NCBI GenBank assembly: GCA_049570475.1
Contig: CP186953.1
Span: forward strand, 160,001 to 224,000
Source: Candidatus Methanosuratincola verstraetei
Lineage (GTDB): Archaea > Thermoproteota > Methanomethylicia > Methanomethylicales > Methanomethylicaceae
Direction of reading: 5' to 3'
Length of the DNA stretch: 64,000 nt
Part shown: positions 18,673 to 28,619 of the stretch, piece by piece
How the letters are laid out: each line of letters begins with the position of its first letter
How positions within the stretch are numbered: the stretch's first letter is position 1
Notes under the pieces: generated by a model
Told to the model about the DNA's origin: nothing
What the model saw: the letters and a program-made list of their open reading frames with translations, nothing else
The model's database searches: none
Position numbers and translations under genes: made by a program

Positions 18673-20136
18673 ATGCTCAAGGAAAAGTGCGGCGTCTTCA
18701 GTGTCGTGAGCACAGGCAGCAGCGAGGCTTTTGTTCCCCTCTACTGGGGGCTTGTCGCCCAGAACCACAGGGGGCACGAGTCCTACGGGTTCCTAACGTA
18801 CTCGGAAGGGCTCAAGAGGTACGTGGACCTAGGGCTTGTCCCCAGGATCGAGAGGGAGGAGATCCTTAGGTGGCAGATGCTGCTCCCTGGGAAGCGGGGG
18901 ATTGCCCATGTCAGGTACGGGACCTCCGGCAAGAGGGATGTCTACTCGCACCTCAAAGACGCACAGCCCATGGTGGTCTCGCAAGGGCGGTCCAAGATGG
19001 GCATCGCATTCAACGGCAACCTTGTCAACATTGGCTGGCTGAGGGGGATTTTGGCAGGCAAGATTCCGAAGATGAGGGCAACGTCGGACACGGAGCTGCT
19101 GTGCCGCTACCTTGCAACGAAGGCAAACGGCGGGATGATTGAGGCAATAGGCGCATGCATGGAGGAAATCGAGGGGGCATACTCCGTCGTGGGCCTAAGA
19201 TCCAACGGGGAGCTGTTCGCGTTCAGGGACCCGCTCGGGATCAGACCGCTATGCATCGGCAGGAGCGGGGACGGGAGCGTCACTGCGGTCTCCTCCGAGA
19301 CGGTCGGGCTGGACATCAACTCTTTCAGCCTAGAGGGGGAGGTCGAGCCCGGTGAGGCCATAGTCTTCAACGGGGACGGTATGGAAAGGAGAAGGATTGC
19401 AAAGTGCCCCAGGCGCGCGCTCTGCGGCTTTGAGCTCTCCTACTTCAGCAGGCCCGACTCGATAATCGGCGGCAGGCCCGTCTACAAGACGAGGGAGGAG
19501 TTCGGCAGGAACCTCGGGAGGAGGTACCAGGAGTACGTGAGGAGGGCAGACGTTATAGTCAGCATCCCGGAAACAGCAGAGGACGCTGCTTACGGGCTCC
19601 ACGAGGAGACCGGGATCAGGTGGGAGAGGACGCTGAGGAGGCACAGGTTCGTCACCCACAGGGCGTTCATACTCGAGTCGGAGGACAGGAGGGTCACGAT
19701 AGACAGGAAGATAAACGTCGCCGACGGCGGGCTCAGGGGCAAGAAGGTGATCGTAGTGGAGGACAGCATAGTCAGGGGCGACACTACCAAGACGATCATC
19801 AGCAAGCTCAGGGAGAGAGGCGCTGAGGAGGTCTATATGTTCGTAACCTTCCCGAGGATCACTCACCCATGCTTCTACGGGATCGACATGGCCACATTCA
19901 ACGAGCTGATAGGATTCAGGCACGACGAGGCGGAAATAGCCAGGCAGATAGGGGCAGACGCGGTCTGCTACCAGCCGCTTGAAGACTTTGTGAGGGCGAC
20001 GGGGATGAGAGGCGAAGACCTGTGCATGGCCTGCGTGACCGGGAAGTACCCGACTGAGCTCGCCCAGAAGATAGCCGACGGAGTGAAGTCAAGGGTAAAT
20101 CAGGATGGCAGAAGGGTTTACGAGCTTGAGGCATGA
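18673..20136 (+). CDS. purF: Amidophosphoribosyltransferase
   Basis: Short propeptide then CGVF (Ntn nucleophile), QNHRG, HVRYGT, NGNL, EDSIVRGDT, Fe-S cysteines (LCGFE, PCFYGID, CMAC). Confidence 0.93.
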   Translation: MLKEKCGVFSVVSTGSSEAFVPLYWGLVAQNHRGHESYGFLTYSEGLKRYVDLGLVPRIEREEILRWQMLLPGKRGIAHVRYGTSGKRDVYSHLKDAQPMVVSQGRSKMGIAFNGNLVNIGWLRGILAGKIPKMRATSDTELLCRYLATKANGGMIEAIGACMEEIEGAYSVVGLRSNGELFAFRDPLGIRPLCIGRSGDGSVTAVSSETVGLDINSFSLEGEVEPGEAIVFNGDGMERRRIAKCPRRALCGFELSYFSRPDSIIGGRPVYKTREEFGRNLGRRYQEYVRRADVIVSIPETAEDAAYGLHEETGIRWERTLRRHRFVTHRAFILESEDRRVTIDRKINVADGGLRGKKVIVVEDSIVRGDTTKTIISKLRERGAEEVYMFVTFPRITHPCFYGIDMATFNELIGFRHDEAEIARQIGADAVCYQPLEDFVRATGMRGEDLCMACVTGKYPTELAQKIADGVKSRVNQDGRRVYELEA

Positions 20137-20149
20137 TGGAGGAATATGA

Positions 20150-21463
20150 ATGGCAGGAATAATCGGGATATACCTGTTCGACAGGAGATGGAACGCATAC
20201 AACTTCGGGATCTTCGGCCTGATGGCACTTCAGCACAGGGGCCAAGAGACCGCAGGGATGGAGATCTTCAACGAGAGCCGGCAGAAGATCACGGGCAAGG
20301 GGCTGGTGGAGCAGGCTTTTGCCTCAGTGAGCGGCAAGGGGAACATCCTCATAGGCGGGGTCTCCCCGTACCCTGCAGAGGAGGCGGAGCCCCTACCGGT
20401 TACCGTTTCCAACAAGGTTTCCGCAAGCATCGACGGGAAAGTCACAGCCATTGAGGGCTACAAGTGGGACGCCCAGCTCGCATACGAGGCAAACCTCAGG
20501 AGGGCATACGAAGAGCTCGAGGGGGGATCAGAGGATCTCGAGGCGATCAGAGACTACTTCAGCAGGTGCAAGGGCGGCTTCTCCTACATAGCAGCCAACG
20601 GGAAGGGCGAAGTGATCGCAGGCAGGGGGAGCTTGGGCGTAAAGCCCCTCGTCCTTGGGAAGATGGGATTCGACGGCGGGATCGTTGCGTCCGAGAGCTG
20701 CGTCATGGACATCATCGGTGAGAGGGTCCCCATAAGCCCAGCCGAGAACATTGATCCGGGGGATGCCATGGTATTCACGCCGATGTCGGCGCGGACCGAG
20801 AGGGTCCAGAGCTCCCCCAAGAAGGCCTACTGCATATTCGAGTACGTGTACCTGGCGAGGCCAGACTCTTACATAAACGATGTCCCCGTATACAGGGTGA
20901 GGCGCGAGATAGGCAGGAGGCTTGCCCAGGAGGGGTGCGCAGACGCTGACGTGGTGATAGGCGTCCCAGAGACCGCGATACCTTTCGCGATGTCATACTC
21001 GAATGAGACAGGAATACCGGTGGAGAAGGGGTTCGAGCTCACAGGGAGAAGGGTCAGGAGCGCGATGAAGCCTAACCAAGTCGAGAGGCTCAAGGGCGTC
21101 CAGCTCAAGCTGAATGTCATAAGCGAGGCAGTGAGGGGTAAGAGGGTCGTCCTGATCGACGACAGCGTAGTGAGGGGAAATACTCTGGCGAACATAGTCT
21201 ACCTGATGAAGGAGAAGGGCGCAAAGGAGATCCACGTCAGGATAGGGAGCCCCCACATCGTGTCGCATTGCCCGTTCGGGGTCGAGGTCCCCGGTGAGGA
21301 CGAGCTGATAGGGAGGCACCTCAAGGAGGACAAGATCGCAGAGGTAATAGGTGCAGACTCTTTCAAGTACCTAAGCCTAGACGGCCTTGTCGAGGCCACA
21401 GGCCTGAAGTGCAGCGAGTTCTGCACAGGATGCTTCAACGGCGCCTACCCGGAGGTGGAGTGA
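20150..21463 (+). CDS. Amidophosphoribosyltransferase paralogue lacking the N-terminal catalytic Cys
   Basis: Starts MAGIIG; retains LQHRGQE, CIFEYVYLARPDS, IDDSVVRGNT, CTGCFNGAYP. Confidence 0.85.
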   Translation: MAGIIGIYLFDRRWNAYNFGIFGLMALQHRGQETAGMEIFNESRQKITGKGLVEQAFASVSGKGNILIGGVSPYPAEEAEPLPVTVSNKVSASIDGKVTAIEGYKWDAQLAYEANLRRAYEELEGGSEDLEAIRDYFSRCKGGFSYIAANGKGEVIAGRGSLGVKPLVLGKMGFDGGIVASESCVMDIIGERVPISPAENIDPGDAMVFTPMSARTERVQSSPKKAYCIFEYVYLARPDSYINDVPVYRVRREIGRRLAQEGCADADVVIGVPETAIPFAMSYSNETGIPVEKGFELTGRRVRSAMKPNQVERLKGVQLKLNVISEAVRGKRVVLIDDSVVRGNTLANIVYLMKEKGAKEIHVRIGSPHIVSHCPFGVEVPGEDELIGRHLKEDKIAEVIGADSFKYLSLDGLVEATGLKCSEFCTGCFNGAYPEVE

Positions 21464-22948
21464 ATGAAGATACTTCTTGTCGGCGGAGGTGGCAGGGAGC
21501 ACGCGATCGCCGAGTCGCTCGCGAAGAGCGCGCACTGCCCGAAGTTATACTGCATCTCGGAGCTGATCAACCCGGGAATCAGGAAGATCGTCTCATCTGG
21601 AGGGGGAGAGTACTTCAGGGGCGACACAAACGACCCGTCCGCAGTGGTGGGCGCGGCCCTCAGGTGCAGCCCAGACTTCGTCTTCGTGGGCCCAGAGGAG
21701 CCGAACTTCCACGGTATCCCGGACGAGCTGGAGGCCAAGGGCATACCCTGCATAGGGGCAAGCAAGGAGGTTGCGGAGCTCGAGCTCTCCAAGGCGAGCA
21801 TGCGCGACCTGCAGTGGAAGTACAAGATCCCAGGCAGGCTATGGTACAAGAAGTTCAAGACCTTTGAGGAGGCTGTCCCGTACATTGAGGAGTACGCGGA
21901 GAGCATCGCCCTGAAGCCCGCCAGGCAGGCAGGCGGGAAGGGCGTCAAGGTCATAGAGGACTTCCAAGTGTACCTCCAGGACGACAAAAGGAAAGTCAAG
22001 AAGGAGCACGCAGAATCCATCGTCAACGAGTACATGAAGGGGTACGACGACATTGAGTACAAGCTCCTGATCGAGGAGAGGGTTTGGGGCCCCGAGTACA
22101 CCGTGCAGTGCTTCACTGACGGCAGGACTGTCGTGCCGATGCCTGCGGTGCAGGACAACAAGCACGCGTTCGACGGGGACCTTGGCCCCGAGACGGGCGG
22201 GATGGGTTCGATCTCATGCTGTATGAACCTGAGGTACGGCGTCGAGGACGAGAGGGCGGTGATCACCGAGGAAGAGTACAGGCGCTCTGCCGAGATAGTC
22301 AAGATGATGATCGACGCGATACAGAAGGAGACCGGGAAGAAGTACCACGGTATCTCGGCCGGGCAGATGATGCTGACTTCGGTCTGGGGGCCGACCGTGA
22401 TAGAGATGTACTCAAGGCTCGGCGACCCCGAGGCCGCGAATGTCCTCACAATGCTCAAGACCGACCTCGTTGACATCTGCGAGGCAATAATCTGCGAGGA
22501 CCTGAACAAGGTGAAGGTCGATTTCGAGGATCAGGCCGTGGCAGTCAAGGCAGTCTGCCCGGAGGGCTACCCAGACCGGAGGGACCTCGCGAAGGGGCAC
22601 CCGGTCTCGCTCACAGCGCCGACCAATGCGGGGAGGGTCCTCTGGGCCTCCGCAGAGGATACTGGCAACGGCGTGATGACCGGAGGGTCAAGGGTCGTCG
22701 AGTGCATAGGGACTGGGGACACCCTCCCTGAGGCCAGCGCAAAGGCAGAGGAGCTCTGCAGGGGCGTTAGGCTCGCCGACGGGTGGAAGCTTTTCCACCG
22801 GAGCGACATCGGGACTGAGAAGTCAGTACTGAGGAGGATCCAGCTCGGGAGCATGGCAAGGGAGATTTACCAGTACAGGGAGAGGAGGGGGCTCCTCGGG
22901 AAGAGGATGATCTGGATACCCGGGAAGGGATTGATGGAAGTAGGGTGA
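21464..22948 (+). CDS. purD: Phosphoribosylamine--glycine ligase
   Basis: LLVGGGGREHA, VGPE, AGGKGV, QDNKHAFDGDLGPETGGMG, RLGDPE. Confidence 0.95.
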   Translation: MKILLVGGGGREHAIAESLAKSAHCPKLYCISELINPGIRKIVSSGGGEYFRGDTNDPSAVVGAALRCSPDFVFVGPEEPNFHGIPDELEAKGIPCIGASKEVAELELSKASMRDLQWKYKIPGRLWYKKFKTFEEAVPYIEEYAESIALKPARQAGGKGVKVIEDFQVYLQDDKRKVKKEHAESIVNEYMKGYDDIEYKLLIEERVWGPEYTVQCFTDGRTVVPMPAVQDNKHAFDGDLGPETGGMGSISCCMNLRYGVEDERAVITEEEYRRSAEIVKMMIDAIQKETGKKYHGISAGQMMLTSVWGPTVIEMYSRLGDPEAANVLTMLKTDLVDICEAIICEDLNKVKVDFEDQAVAVKAVCPEGYPDRRDLAKGHPVSLTAPTNAGRVLWASAEDTGNGVMTGGSRVVECIGTGDTLPEASAKAEELCRGVRLADGWKLFHRSDIGTEKSVLRRIQLGSMAREIYQYRERRGLLGKRMIWIPGKGLMEVG

Positions 22949-22970
22949 TCAGGCAATAATCGATTGCGAG

Positions 22971-24350
22971 GTGGGAGAGATGGTCTTCAGAATGAGTGAA
23001 AAGGAAAGGGTAAGGCTCATAAAAGAGATAGACTCGCTCAGGAAGGAAATTGAGGGGAGGCTCGTCCCGCTCGAGAAAATCTCGCCACTATCCCCAGCGA
23101 CTTTTGTATCCGTGGGCGGGGGGGAGCTCGGGGACCTGGCTGTCACAGCGGCAGGGAGGCACTTCGGGGGGGCTAGGGGAGGTATAATAACGGTTGCCTT
23201 CGACAAGTACCACGGGTTCCCTGCCCAAGATGCCGCAGACTATACCGAGGTCTTCGACATGATGGACGGGGAACAGCTCGAGAAGATGATCAGGAAGTAC
23301 ATCCCGGACCCGCGGTCGCCCCATGCGATCTATTTGGAGGTCGAGCGGATCAACACGCAGAGGGCATACAAGCTCGGAATGGAGGAGGGGTACAGGGTCA
23401 TGTCAACGCCCTACGGTCCGCTCGTATGCATGGACAGGCACGCAACGAAGCTCATGTTCGAGAAGCTTGGGCTCAGGATGGCGCCATGGGCGTATGCCGA
23501 CTCGGAGGCAGGTGTCAAGGAGGCTGCCGAGAGATTCGGGCTGCCAGTGATAGTCAAGCCGGTTATGACCTCGAGCGGTCACGGCACCTCGATAGTGAAG
23601 ACGGAGGAGGGGCTGGAGGAGAGCTACAGGCACTCTGTCGAGCACGCACGGGGAGTGGGGGACGAGGTTATCGTCGAGAAGTACCTCCCGGAGGTCAAGG
23701 AAAAGGGGACGGAGATCACTCAGATCGTTGTGCGGCACTTCAACACAGAAGGGAAGATAGTGAGCACCTGCCTTCCACCCATAGAGCACAGGAGGCCGGG
23801 AGCGACCTACCACGAGAGCTGGCTCCCGTCGACGATCTCCGCTGAGGCGGCTTCGAAGTGCAGGGAGGGGGCACTGAAGATCGCTGACTTCATGGGCGGG
23901 ATCGGCCTCTACGCCGTGGAGCAGTTCGTCGTCGGCGACGATGTCTACAACAACGAGGTCGCGAACCGCCCGCACGACACAGGACTTGTCACCAGGTGGA
24001 TGCTCAACATGGACGAGGGCGCGCTCCAGCTGATCTCCACGCTTGGGATCCCGGTCGACCCATCTATGGTCGAGCTCTCGCGCCACGGAGTATTCGGGGT
24101 TGCGCATGTAGTCCTGGCCCCTGAGGGCGTAAAGGAGGGTGCCACGGTCCAGGAGTTCAACCTGAAGGGCCTGCACGAAGGGCTCCAGGGAGGGGTGAAG
24201 GGCGACCTCTGGATCTTCGGGAAGCCCACGGCGTACCCAGGCAGGAGGATGGGGCTGGCGTTCTCTTATGCAGCTAGCCTCGATCAGGCAAGGGAGGGCG
24301 CAGAGAAGATAGCCCATATGGCAGAGACGAAGTTCGTTTACAAGGATTGA
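22971..24350 (+). CDS. purT: Formate-dependent phosphoribosylglycinamide formyltransferase
   Basis: GGGELG, VKPVMTSSGHG, YHESW, NEVANRPHDTG, FGKPTAYPGRRMG. Confidence 0.9.
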   Translation: MGEMVFRMSEKERVRLIKEIDSLRKEIEGRLVPLEKISPLSPATFVSVGGGELGDLAVTAAGRHFGGARGGIITVAFDKYHGFPAQDAADYTEVFDMMDGEQLEKMIRKYIPDPRSPHAIYLEVERINTQRAYKLGMEEGYRVMSTPYGPLVCMDRHATKLMFEKLGLRMAPWAYADSEAGVKEAAERFGLPVIVKPVMTSSGHGTSIVKTEEGLEESYRHSVEHARGVGDEVIVEKYLPEVKEKGTEITQIVVRHFNTEGKIVSTCLPPIEHRRPGATYHESWLPSTISAEAASKCREGALKIADFMGGIGLYAVEQFVVGDDVYNNEVANRPHDTGLVTRWMLNMDEGALQLISTLGIPVDPSMVELSRHGVFGVAHVVLAPEGVKEGATVQEFNLKGLHEGLQGGVKGDLWIFGKPTAYPGRRMGLAFSYAASLDQAREGAEKIAHMAETKFVYKD

Positions 24351-24403
24351 AGAGTGGATGAGGGCATAGGAAAAGAAAAAGAGGGGATTGGAGGGAAAAA
24401 TCC

Positions 24404-24838
24404 GTGCCAAAGGCATCTGTAATTGTTGGCTCAAAGTCAGATGAAGAGATAGGATCTAAGGTCAAGGAGGCGCTGGGCGAATTCGGCGTGGAGGCAGACT
24501 TCCAAGTCATCTCCGCACACCGGGACCCAGAGAGGCTGGACGCGTACATCAAGGGGTCAGACTCGGAAGTGTTCATCGCAGTAGCCGGGCTAGCTGCAGC
24601 GCTGCCTGGAGTGATCGCATCGAAGACAACGAGGCCTGTTATAGGGGTTCCCAGAGATGTGAGGCTCGGGGGGCTCGATGCGCTGCTATCGATAGTCCAG
24701 ATGCCGCCCGGGGTGCCTGTCGCGACGGTCGGGGTCGACAACTGGAAGAACGCCGCGCTCCTCGCAGTGGAGATACTTGCGCTCAAGCACCCTGAGCTCA
24801 GCGAAAAGCTGGAGATGGCGAGGAGGGCCAGAACTTGA
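24404..24838 (+). CDS. purE: AIR carboxylase / N5-CAIR mutase
   Basis: GSKSD, SAHR, AGLAAALPG, PVIGVP, SIVQMPPGVPVATV. Confidence 0.95.
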   Translation: MPKASVIVGSKSDEEIGSKVKEALGEFGVEADFQVISAHRDPERLDAYIKGSDSEVFIAVAGLAAALPGVIASKTTRPVIGVPRDVRLGGLDALLSIVQMPPGVPVATVGVDNWKNAALLAVEILALKHPELSEKLEMARRART

Positions 24839-25098
24839 GGTTCCTGGTCAAGGCAGAGGTAAGCCTCAAGCGGGGGCACTTCGACCCGGAGGGCGACGTG
24901 GCTTCAAAGTCACTTAGGGATCTGGGGTTCAGCGTTGGGACGGTGAGGGTAAGCAAGGCGTACACCATAGAGGTCGATGCGCGCGACCCAACGGAGGCAA
25001 AGGCACTAGCTGAAGAGATGTGCAGGAAGCTCTTGGCAAACCCCACTAAGGACGACTTCATGGTGGAGGTCTTGGTTATTGAGGGAAGGACTGCTTAG
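24835..25098 (+). CDS. purS: FGAM synthase subunit PurS
   Basis: DPEG and LLANP motifs, 87 aa, upstream of purL. Confidence 0.93.
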   Translation: MRFLVKAEVSLKRGHFDPEGDVASKSLRDLGFSVGTVRVSKAYTIEVDARDPTEAKALAEEMCRKLLANPTKDDFMVEVLVIEGRTA

Positions 25099-27427
25099 GA
25101 GGGTAAGCGAGGACCCTCCGGTCGCCGCGGTAGACCTCCGCGAGGCTGAGGACCCGGACCTGCTCGAGATAAGCAGCAGCATGGGGCTCGCGCTCAGCCT
25201 TAATGAGATGAGGGCCATTAAGGAGGAGTTTGGCAGGCCTCTTACAGATGTGGAGCTCCAGACCTTCGGGCAGACCTGGTCGGAGCACTGCATCCACAAG
25301 ACGTTCAGGGGGGCTGTTGAGACCGATTCAGGCACTGTGGAGAGCCTACTGAAGACGTACATAGCAAAGGCCACCAAAGATCTCGCCAAGCCCTGGTGCT
25401 TCTCAGTATTCGAAGACAACGCCGGGCTCATCGACTTTGACAAAGGGCATGTGATTGCAGCGAAGGTAGAGACCCACAACCATCCATCAGCCATCGAGCC
25501 CTTCGGGGGGGCAGCGACCGGCGTGGGGGGCGTGATCAGGGACATCCTAGGCGTCTGGGGGGAGCCTATTGCAGTCTCGGACGTCCTCTGCTTTGGCCCG
25601 CTCGACATCAAATACAGCGAGCTCGCCCCGGGTATCAAGCACCCGCGATACATCTACAAGGGGGTCGTAGCCGGCGTGGGGAGCTACGGCAACAACATGG
25701 GGATACCGAATGTCAACGGCGCCGTGCTCTTCGACAGGAACTACACAGGCAACGTCGTGGTCTACTGCGGTTGCTTCGGGATCCTGCCCAAGGATAAGTA
25801 CGTCAGGCAGACCAAGGAGGGAGACTTGGCTGTCCTTGTAGGCGGCAGGACGGGCAGGGATGGCATACACGGCGTAACTTTTGCCTCGACTGACCTGCCA
25901 GAGGACTCCGAGGGGCTGAGGTCGGCAGTCCAGATACCCAACCCCTTGGTTGAGGAGAGGCTGAGGAGGGCGGTAATCAGGATAAGGGACGGATGCATGG
26001 CATCAGGCATCACGGATCTCGGCGGGGGAGGCATCTCCTGCGCGACTGGCGAGATGGCGAGCAGGTCTGGGCTTGGCCTCGCGGTGGAACTGGACGGGGT
26101 GAAACTCAAGGAGACGGGCATGGCGCCATGGGAGATCTGGGTATCTGAGAGCCAGGAGAGGATGCTCCTCTCCGTCCCCCCCAAGAACCTAGACAGGGTC
26201 GCCTGCATCTTTGATGGCGAAGATCTGGAGTGGTGTGTACTGGGCAAGTTTAACAATACGAAGAGGCTCAGAGCGACGTACAAGGGGGTCACAGTCTGCG
26301 ACCTCGGGCTCGACTTCCTGTACAACCCCCCAAAGCTAAAGAGGAGGGCCAAAAAGGTCGAGACGATCTCCCGCCCGCTCTCGCTGGAGGAGCCGGATGA
26401 TCTGCCATCAGAGATCCTCGGGCTCCTCGCGGACCCGAACGTCAGGAGCAGGGAGGGGGTAGTCAGGACTTACGATCATGAGGTGAGGGGGTGCACGGTC
26501 GTCAAGCCTGTGCAAGGGCAATCAGGCAGCCACAACGACGCTGCGGTCATCAAGCCGCTCAAGGACTCATGGATGGGCGCAGTCATCTCTTGCGGGATCA
26601 ACCCATTCTACCCAGACCCGTACTGGATGGCTGCGTGCTCGCTCGAGGAAGCACTCAGGAACAACATCGCGGTCGGGGGCAGGAGGGTAGCGATACTTGA
26701 CAACTTCGTCTGGGGGAACCCGGAGAAGGAAGACAGGATGTGGTCCCTGCTGAGGGCATGCGAGGCATGCTATGATTTCGCAAAGGCTTTCGGCACGCCT
26801 TTCATATCGGGAAAGGACTCGCTATACAACGAGAGCCCTATGGGGCCGGTGAGACCGACCTTGCTCATAACCGGCGTCGGGATTATACCCGACGTCAGGA
26901 AGGCGGTTACGTCGGATCTCAAGGCAGCAGGCGACCCAGTCTACCTCCTTGGGACGACAAAGGAGGAGGTTTGCGGGTCAGCCTACCTCAGATCAAAGGG
27001 GATCGAGGGAGGCGAATGGCCGAGGGTAGACCCTGCGGTATCGAGGAGGATCATGGAGGCGCTGACAGCAGCCATCGACTCGGGCATCGTGGCGGCTTGC
27101 CATGACCTTTCGGACGGCGGGCTCGGGGTGGCGGCGGCTGAGATGGTGATAGGGTCTGATCCCGGGTTGGGCATGTCTCTGGATCTCGGCAGAGGGATCA
27201 TCCTGACAGGAAGGGACGATTATGCGCTCTTCTCCGAATCGGCAGGCAGGTTCCTCGTGGAGGTCAAGGCAGGGCATGAGGGGGATTTCGAGGCGGCATT
27301 CACGGGGCTCCCCGCAAGGCGCATCGGGGAGGTGCAGAAGGAAGGCGCTCTCAGGATCATGGGCCTGAGAGGGAAGGAACATATCTTGGAGAGGGCAGAG
27401 TTGGCGAGGGCCTGGAGGGGTGGATGA
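25079..27427 (+). CDS. purL: FGAM synthase subunit PurL
   Basis: WSEHCIHK, KVETHNHPS, GRDGIHG, DLGGGG, SESQERM, SGKDSLYN, HDLSDGG. Confidence 0.96.
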   Translation: MREGLLRRVSEDPPVAAVDLREAEDPDLLEISSSMGLALSLNEMRAIKEEFGRPLTDVELQTFGQTWSEHCIHKTFRGAVETDSGTVESLLKTYIAKATKDLAKPWCFSVFEDNAGLIDFDKGHVIAAKVETHNHPSAIEPFGGAATGVGGVIRDILGVWGEPIAVSDVLCFGPLDIKYSELAPGIKHPRYIYKGVVAGVGSYGNNMGIPNVNGAVLFDRNYTGNVVVYCGCFGILPKDKYVRQTKEGDLAVLVGGRTGRDGIHGVTFASTDLPEDSEGLRSAVQIPNPLVEERLRRAVIRIRDGCMASGITDLGGGGISCATGEMASRSGLGLAVELDGVKLKETGMAPWEIWVSESQERMLLSVPPKNLDRVACIFDGEDLEWCVLGKFNNTKRLRATYKGVTVCDLGLDFLYNPPKLKRRAKKVETISRPLSLEEPDDLPSEILGLLADPNVRSREGVVRTYDHEVRGCTVVKPVQGQSGSHNDAAVIKPLKDSWMGAVISCGINPFYPDPYWMAACSLEEALRNNIAVGGRRVAILDNFVWGNPEKEDRMWSLLRACEACYDFAKAFGTPFISGKDSLYNESPMGPVRPTLLITGVGIIPDVRKAVTSDLKAAGDPVYLLGTTKEEVCGSAYLRSKGIEGGEWPRVDPAVSRRIMEALTAAIDSGIVAACHDLSDGGLGVAAAEMVIGSDPGLGMSLDLGRGIILTGRDDYALFSESAGRFLVEVKAGHEGDFEAAFTGLPARRIGEVQKEGALRIMGLRGKEHILERAELARAWRGG

Positions 27428-28221
27428 TGGATCTCAGGAAGGCCAAGGCATGCATTCTGAGGGTCGGAGGCACGAACTGCGACGCTGAGGTCAAGGCAGC
27501 GCTTGAGGACCTCGGCCTCAGATCAGACATTCTGCACATGGACTGGCTTGAGAAGGGCAAGCTCTCGGAATACCAGCTCCTCGTATTCCCCGGGGGTTTC
27601 TCTTACGGCGACTACGTCAGGGCGGGCGCAGTCTGGGGAAAAAAGGTCTTGACGAAGATGAGGAGAGACCTGGAGAGGTTCGTGGAGGAGGGCAGGTTAG
27701 TGATGGGCATCTGCAACGGCTTCCAGGTCTTGGTCGAGGCAGGGATGCTACCGGGGGACGAGGGCGCATTCTCGCCCACCCCCAAGGCAGTACTGGCGAA
27801 CAACAGCTCGGCAAGATACGAGTGCAGGTGGGTATTCCTAAGGGGGGAAGGGAGCCACACACCATTCGCACGAAGGGCTGGCAAAGGCGAGATCCTTAGG
27901 GTGCCGATCGGCCACGGGGAGGGCAGGTTCCTCGCTGAATCAGACGAGGCGGTCCAGGATCTCATCCGCAGCAACCGGGTCGTCTTCAGGTATGCAAAGC
28001 CGTCGGGAGAGCCCGCAGAAGGGACCTATCCATTCAACCCCAACGGTTCCGTCTACGACATCGCCGCCATATGCAACAGGGCGGGGAACGTCATGGGCAT
28101 GATGCCCCACCCGGAGAGGGCATTCTTCGGCTGGCAAACAATCGGGTACGGCAACTCACAAGGCTACGGAGACGGCAGGAAGATATTCGAAGGGATAGTG
28201 GATCACATAAGGTCGCTTTGA
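27424..28221 (+). CDS. purQ: FGAM synthase glutaminase subunit PurQ
   Basis: GTNCD, PGGFSYGD, GICNGFQ, HGEGRF, NPNGS, MMPHPER. Confidence 0.96.
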   Translation: MMDLRKAKACILRVGGTNCDAEVKAALEDLGLRSDILHMDWLEKGKLSEYQLLVFPGGFSYGDYVRAGAVWGKKVLTKMRRDLERFVEEGRLVMGICNGFQVLVEAGMLPGDEGAFSPTPKAVLANNSSARYECRWVFLRGEGSHTPFARRAGKGEILRVPIGHGEGRFLAESDEAVQDLIRSNRVVFRYAKPSGEPAEGTYPFNPNGSVYDIAAICNRAGNVMGMMPHPERAFFGWQTIGYGNSQGYGDGRKIFEGIVDHIRSL

Positions 28222-28619
28222 CCAGAATCGGCGTAGATGTCCTCCTTGGGGCTGGCTGAGAAGTAGTTGTCAAAGATCTCCAGAAGCACTTGGATCGGCT
28301 TCACGCCCACAACCCTGGCCACTCTGCGGCCATCCCTGAAGAGGAGGATTGTCGGCACGGACATCACGCCCAAGCGCGCACCCACGCCACTCGCCCCGAC
28401 GTTCACCTTACCGAATGAAATCCCGGGTCGCAGGCTCTGCAGTTCGTTGAAAATCAGCGAAACCATCCTGCATGGCATGCAGGAACCGCTCCAGAAGAGC
28501 ACGGCTGCATACCTCGCCACCTTTATGAACCCCTCAAAGCTATGGTCGTCGAGATCCTTTGGCGCTGAGCCAGATCCAATCCCCAAGCCTCCATCGCCCA
28601 CTTGATCATTCCCCCACAA
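28203..28619 (-). CDS. Thioredoxin family protein
   Basis: FWSGSCMPC, GVMSVPTILLFRDG. Start uncertain; overlaps the purQ 3' end. Confidence 0.8.
   Translation of the reverse strand: MWGNDQVGDGGLGIGSGSAPKDLDDHSFEGFIKVARYAAVLFWSGSCMPCRMVSLIFNELQSLRPGISFGKVNVGASGVGARLGVMSVPTILLFRDGRRVARVVGVKPIQVLLEIFDNYFSASPKEDIYADSGQSDLM

Noticed and set aside
21445-24434. Long minus-strand ORFs (354 aa and 343 aa)
   Set aside because: Antisense to purD and purT; expected from codon bias in GC-rich genes.
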